Part shown: in pieces, positions 63,691 through 64,000 of the stretch
How positions within the stretch are numbered: the stretch's first letter is position 1
How the letters are laid out: each line of letters begins with the position of its first letter
NCBI RefSeq assembly: GCF_018977255.1
Contig: NW_024704743.1
Span: forward strand, 73,906,001-73,970,000
Direction: 5' to 3'
DNA: 64,000 nucleotides
Origin: Callorhinchus milii
Taxonomy: Eukaryota
Position numbers and translations under genes: made by a program
The notes under the pieces: model-generated
The model's database searches: none
What the model was told of the DNA's origin: nothing
The model's input: only the letters and a program-made list of their open reading frames with translations

Positions 63691-64000
63691 TTGAGTGGGA
63701 AAAATCCCTTTTCTCTAGTCCTTGCCCCATTTCATAGGAAACTTGACTTGAGAAGATAAGAGAACGGTATGGGTGAGGTAATTAGGAGGGATGAGGCTCA
63801 TATGAAGTATAAACACCCACATGGACTGGTTGGGATGAATGACCTGCCTTCCATACTGTAAAGTTCTATGTAATTCAATGTAATCTCTTTAACAACTGCA
63901 TCACCATGATGGGTGACAATTTAACATGATTTTGATTCATTTTTCAGTTAAACAAGTAGGGTCATCTCAATTTATGGTTCATATTCAACATCTGATAGGT

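Noticed and set aside
45500..64000. A neighbouring gene downstream of ITGA8
   Set aside because: No exon with both splice signals and recognisable protein similarity found on either strand; small exons could have been missed.

Overview
Vertebrate genomic DNA, most likely from a cartilaginous fish (inferred from the repeat content: Deu-domain tRNA-SINEs, L2 and CR1 LINEs). The window holds the last 12 coding exons of an integrin alpha-8 gene (ITGA8, + strand, 1538-43052). All splice sites are GT/AG and phase-consistent, giving 428 aa from the end of the thigh domain through calf-1/calf-2, the TM helix and the GFFDR tail. A probable poly(A) signal lies at 45422. The rest is intronic or intergenic and densely filled with transposable elements: three large 5'-truncated, disabled CR1 LINEs, several L2 fragments, and two tRNA-derived SINE families that share the L2 3' tail. 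No other protein-coding gene could be supported. Most notable non-gene structures: (i) a ~220-bp palindromic insertion with a 10-bp target-site duplication and minimal hammerhead-ribozyme-like cores (20452-20671, Penelope-type); (ii) a piggyBac-like MITE with ~66-bp TIRs; (iii) other MITEs and hairpins; (iv) an unclassified dispersed repeat family; (v) several local direct duplications. Family names and comparisons with human ITGA8 come from recalled motifs, not database searches. Exon coordinates were counted base by base; repeat boundaries are approximate.
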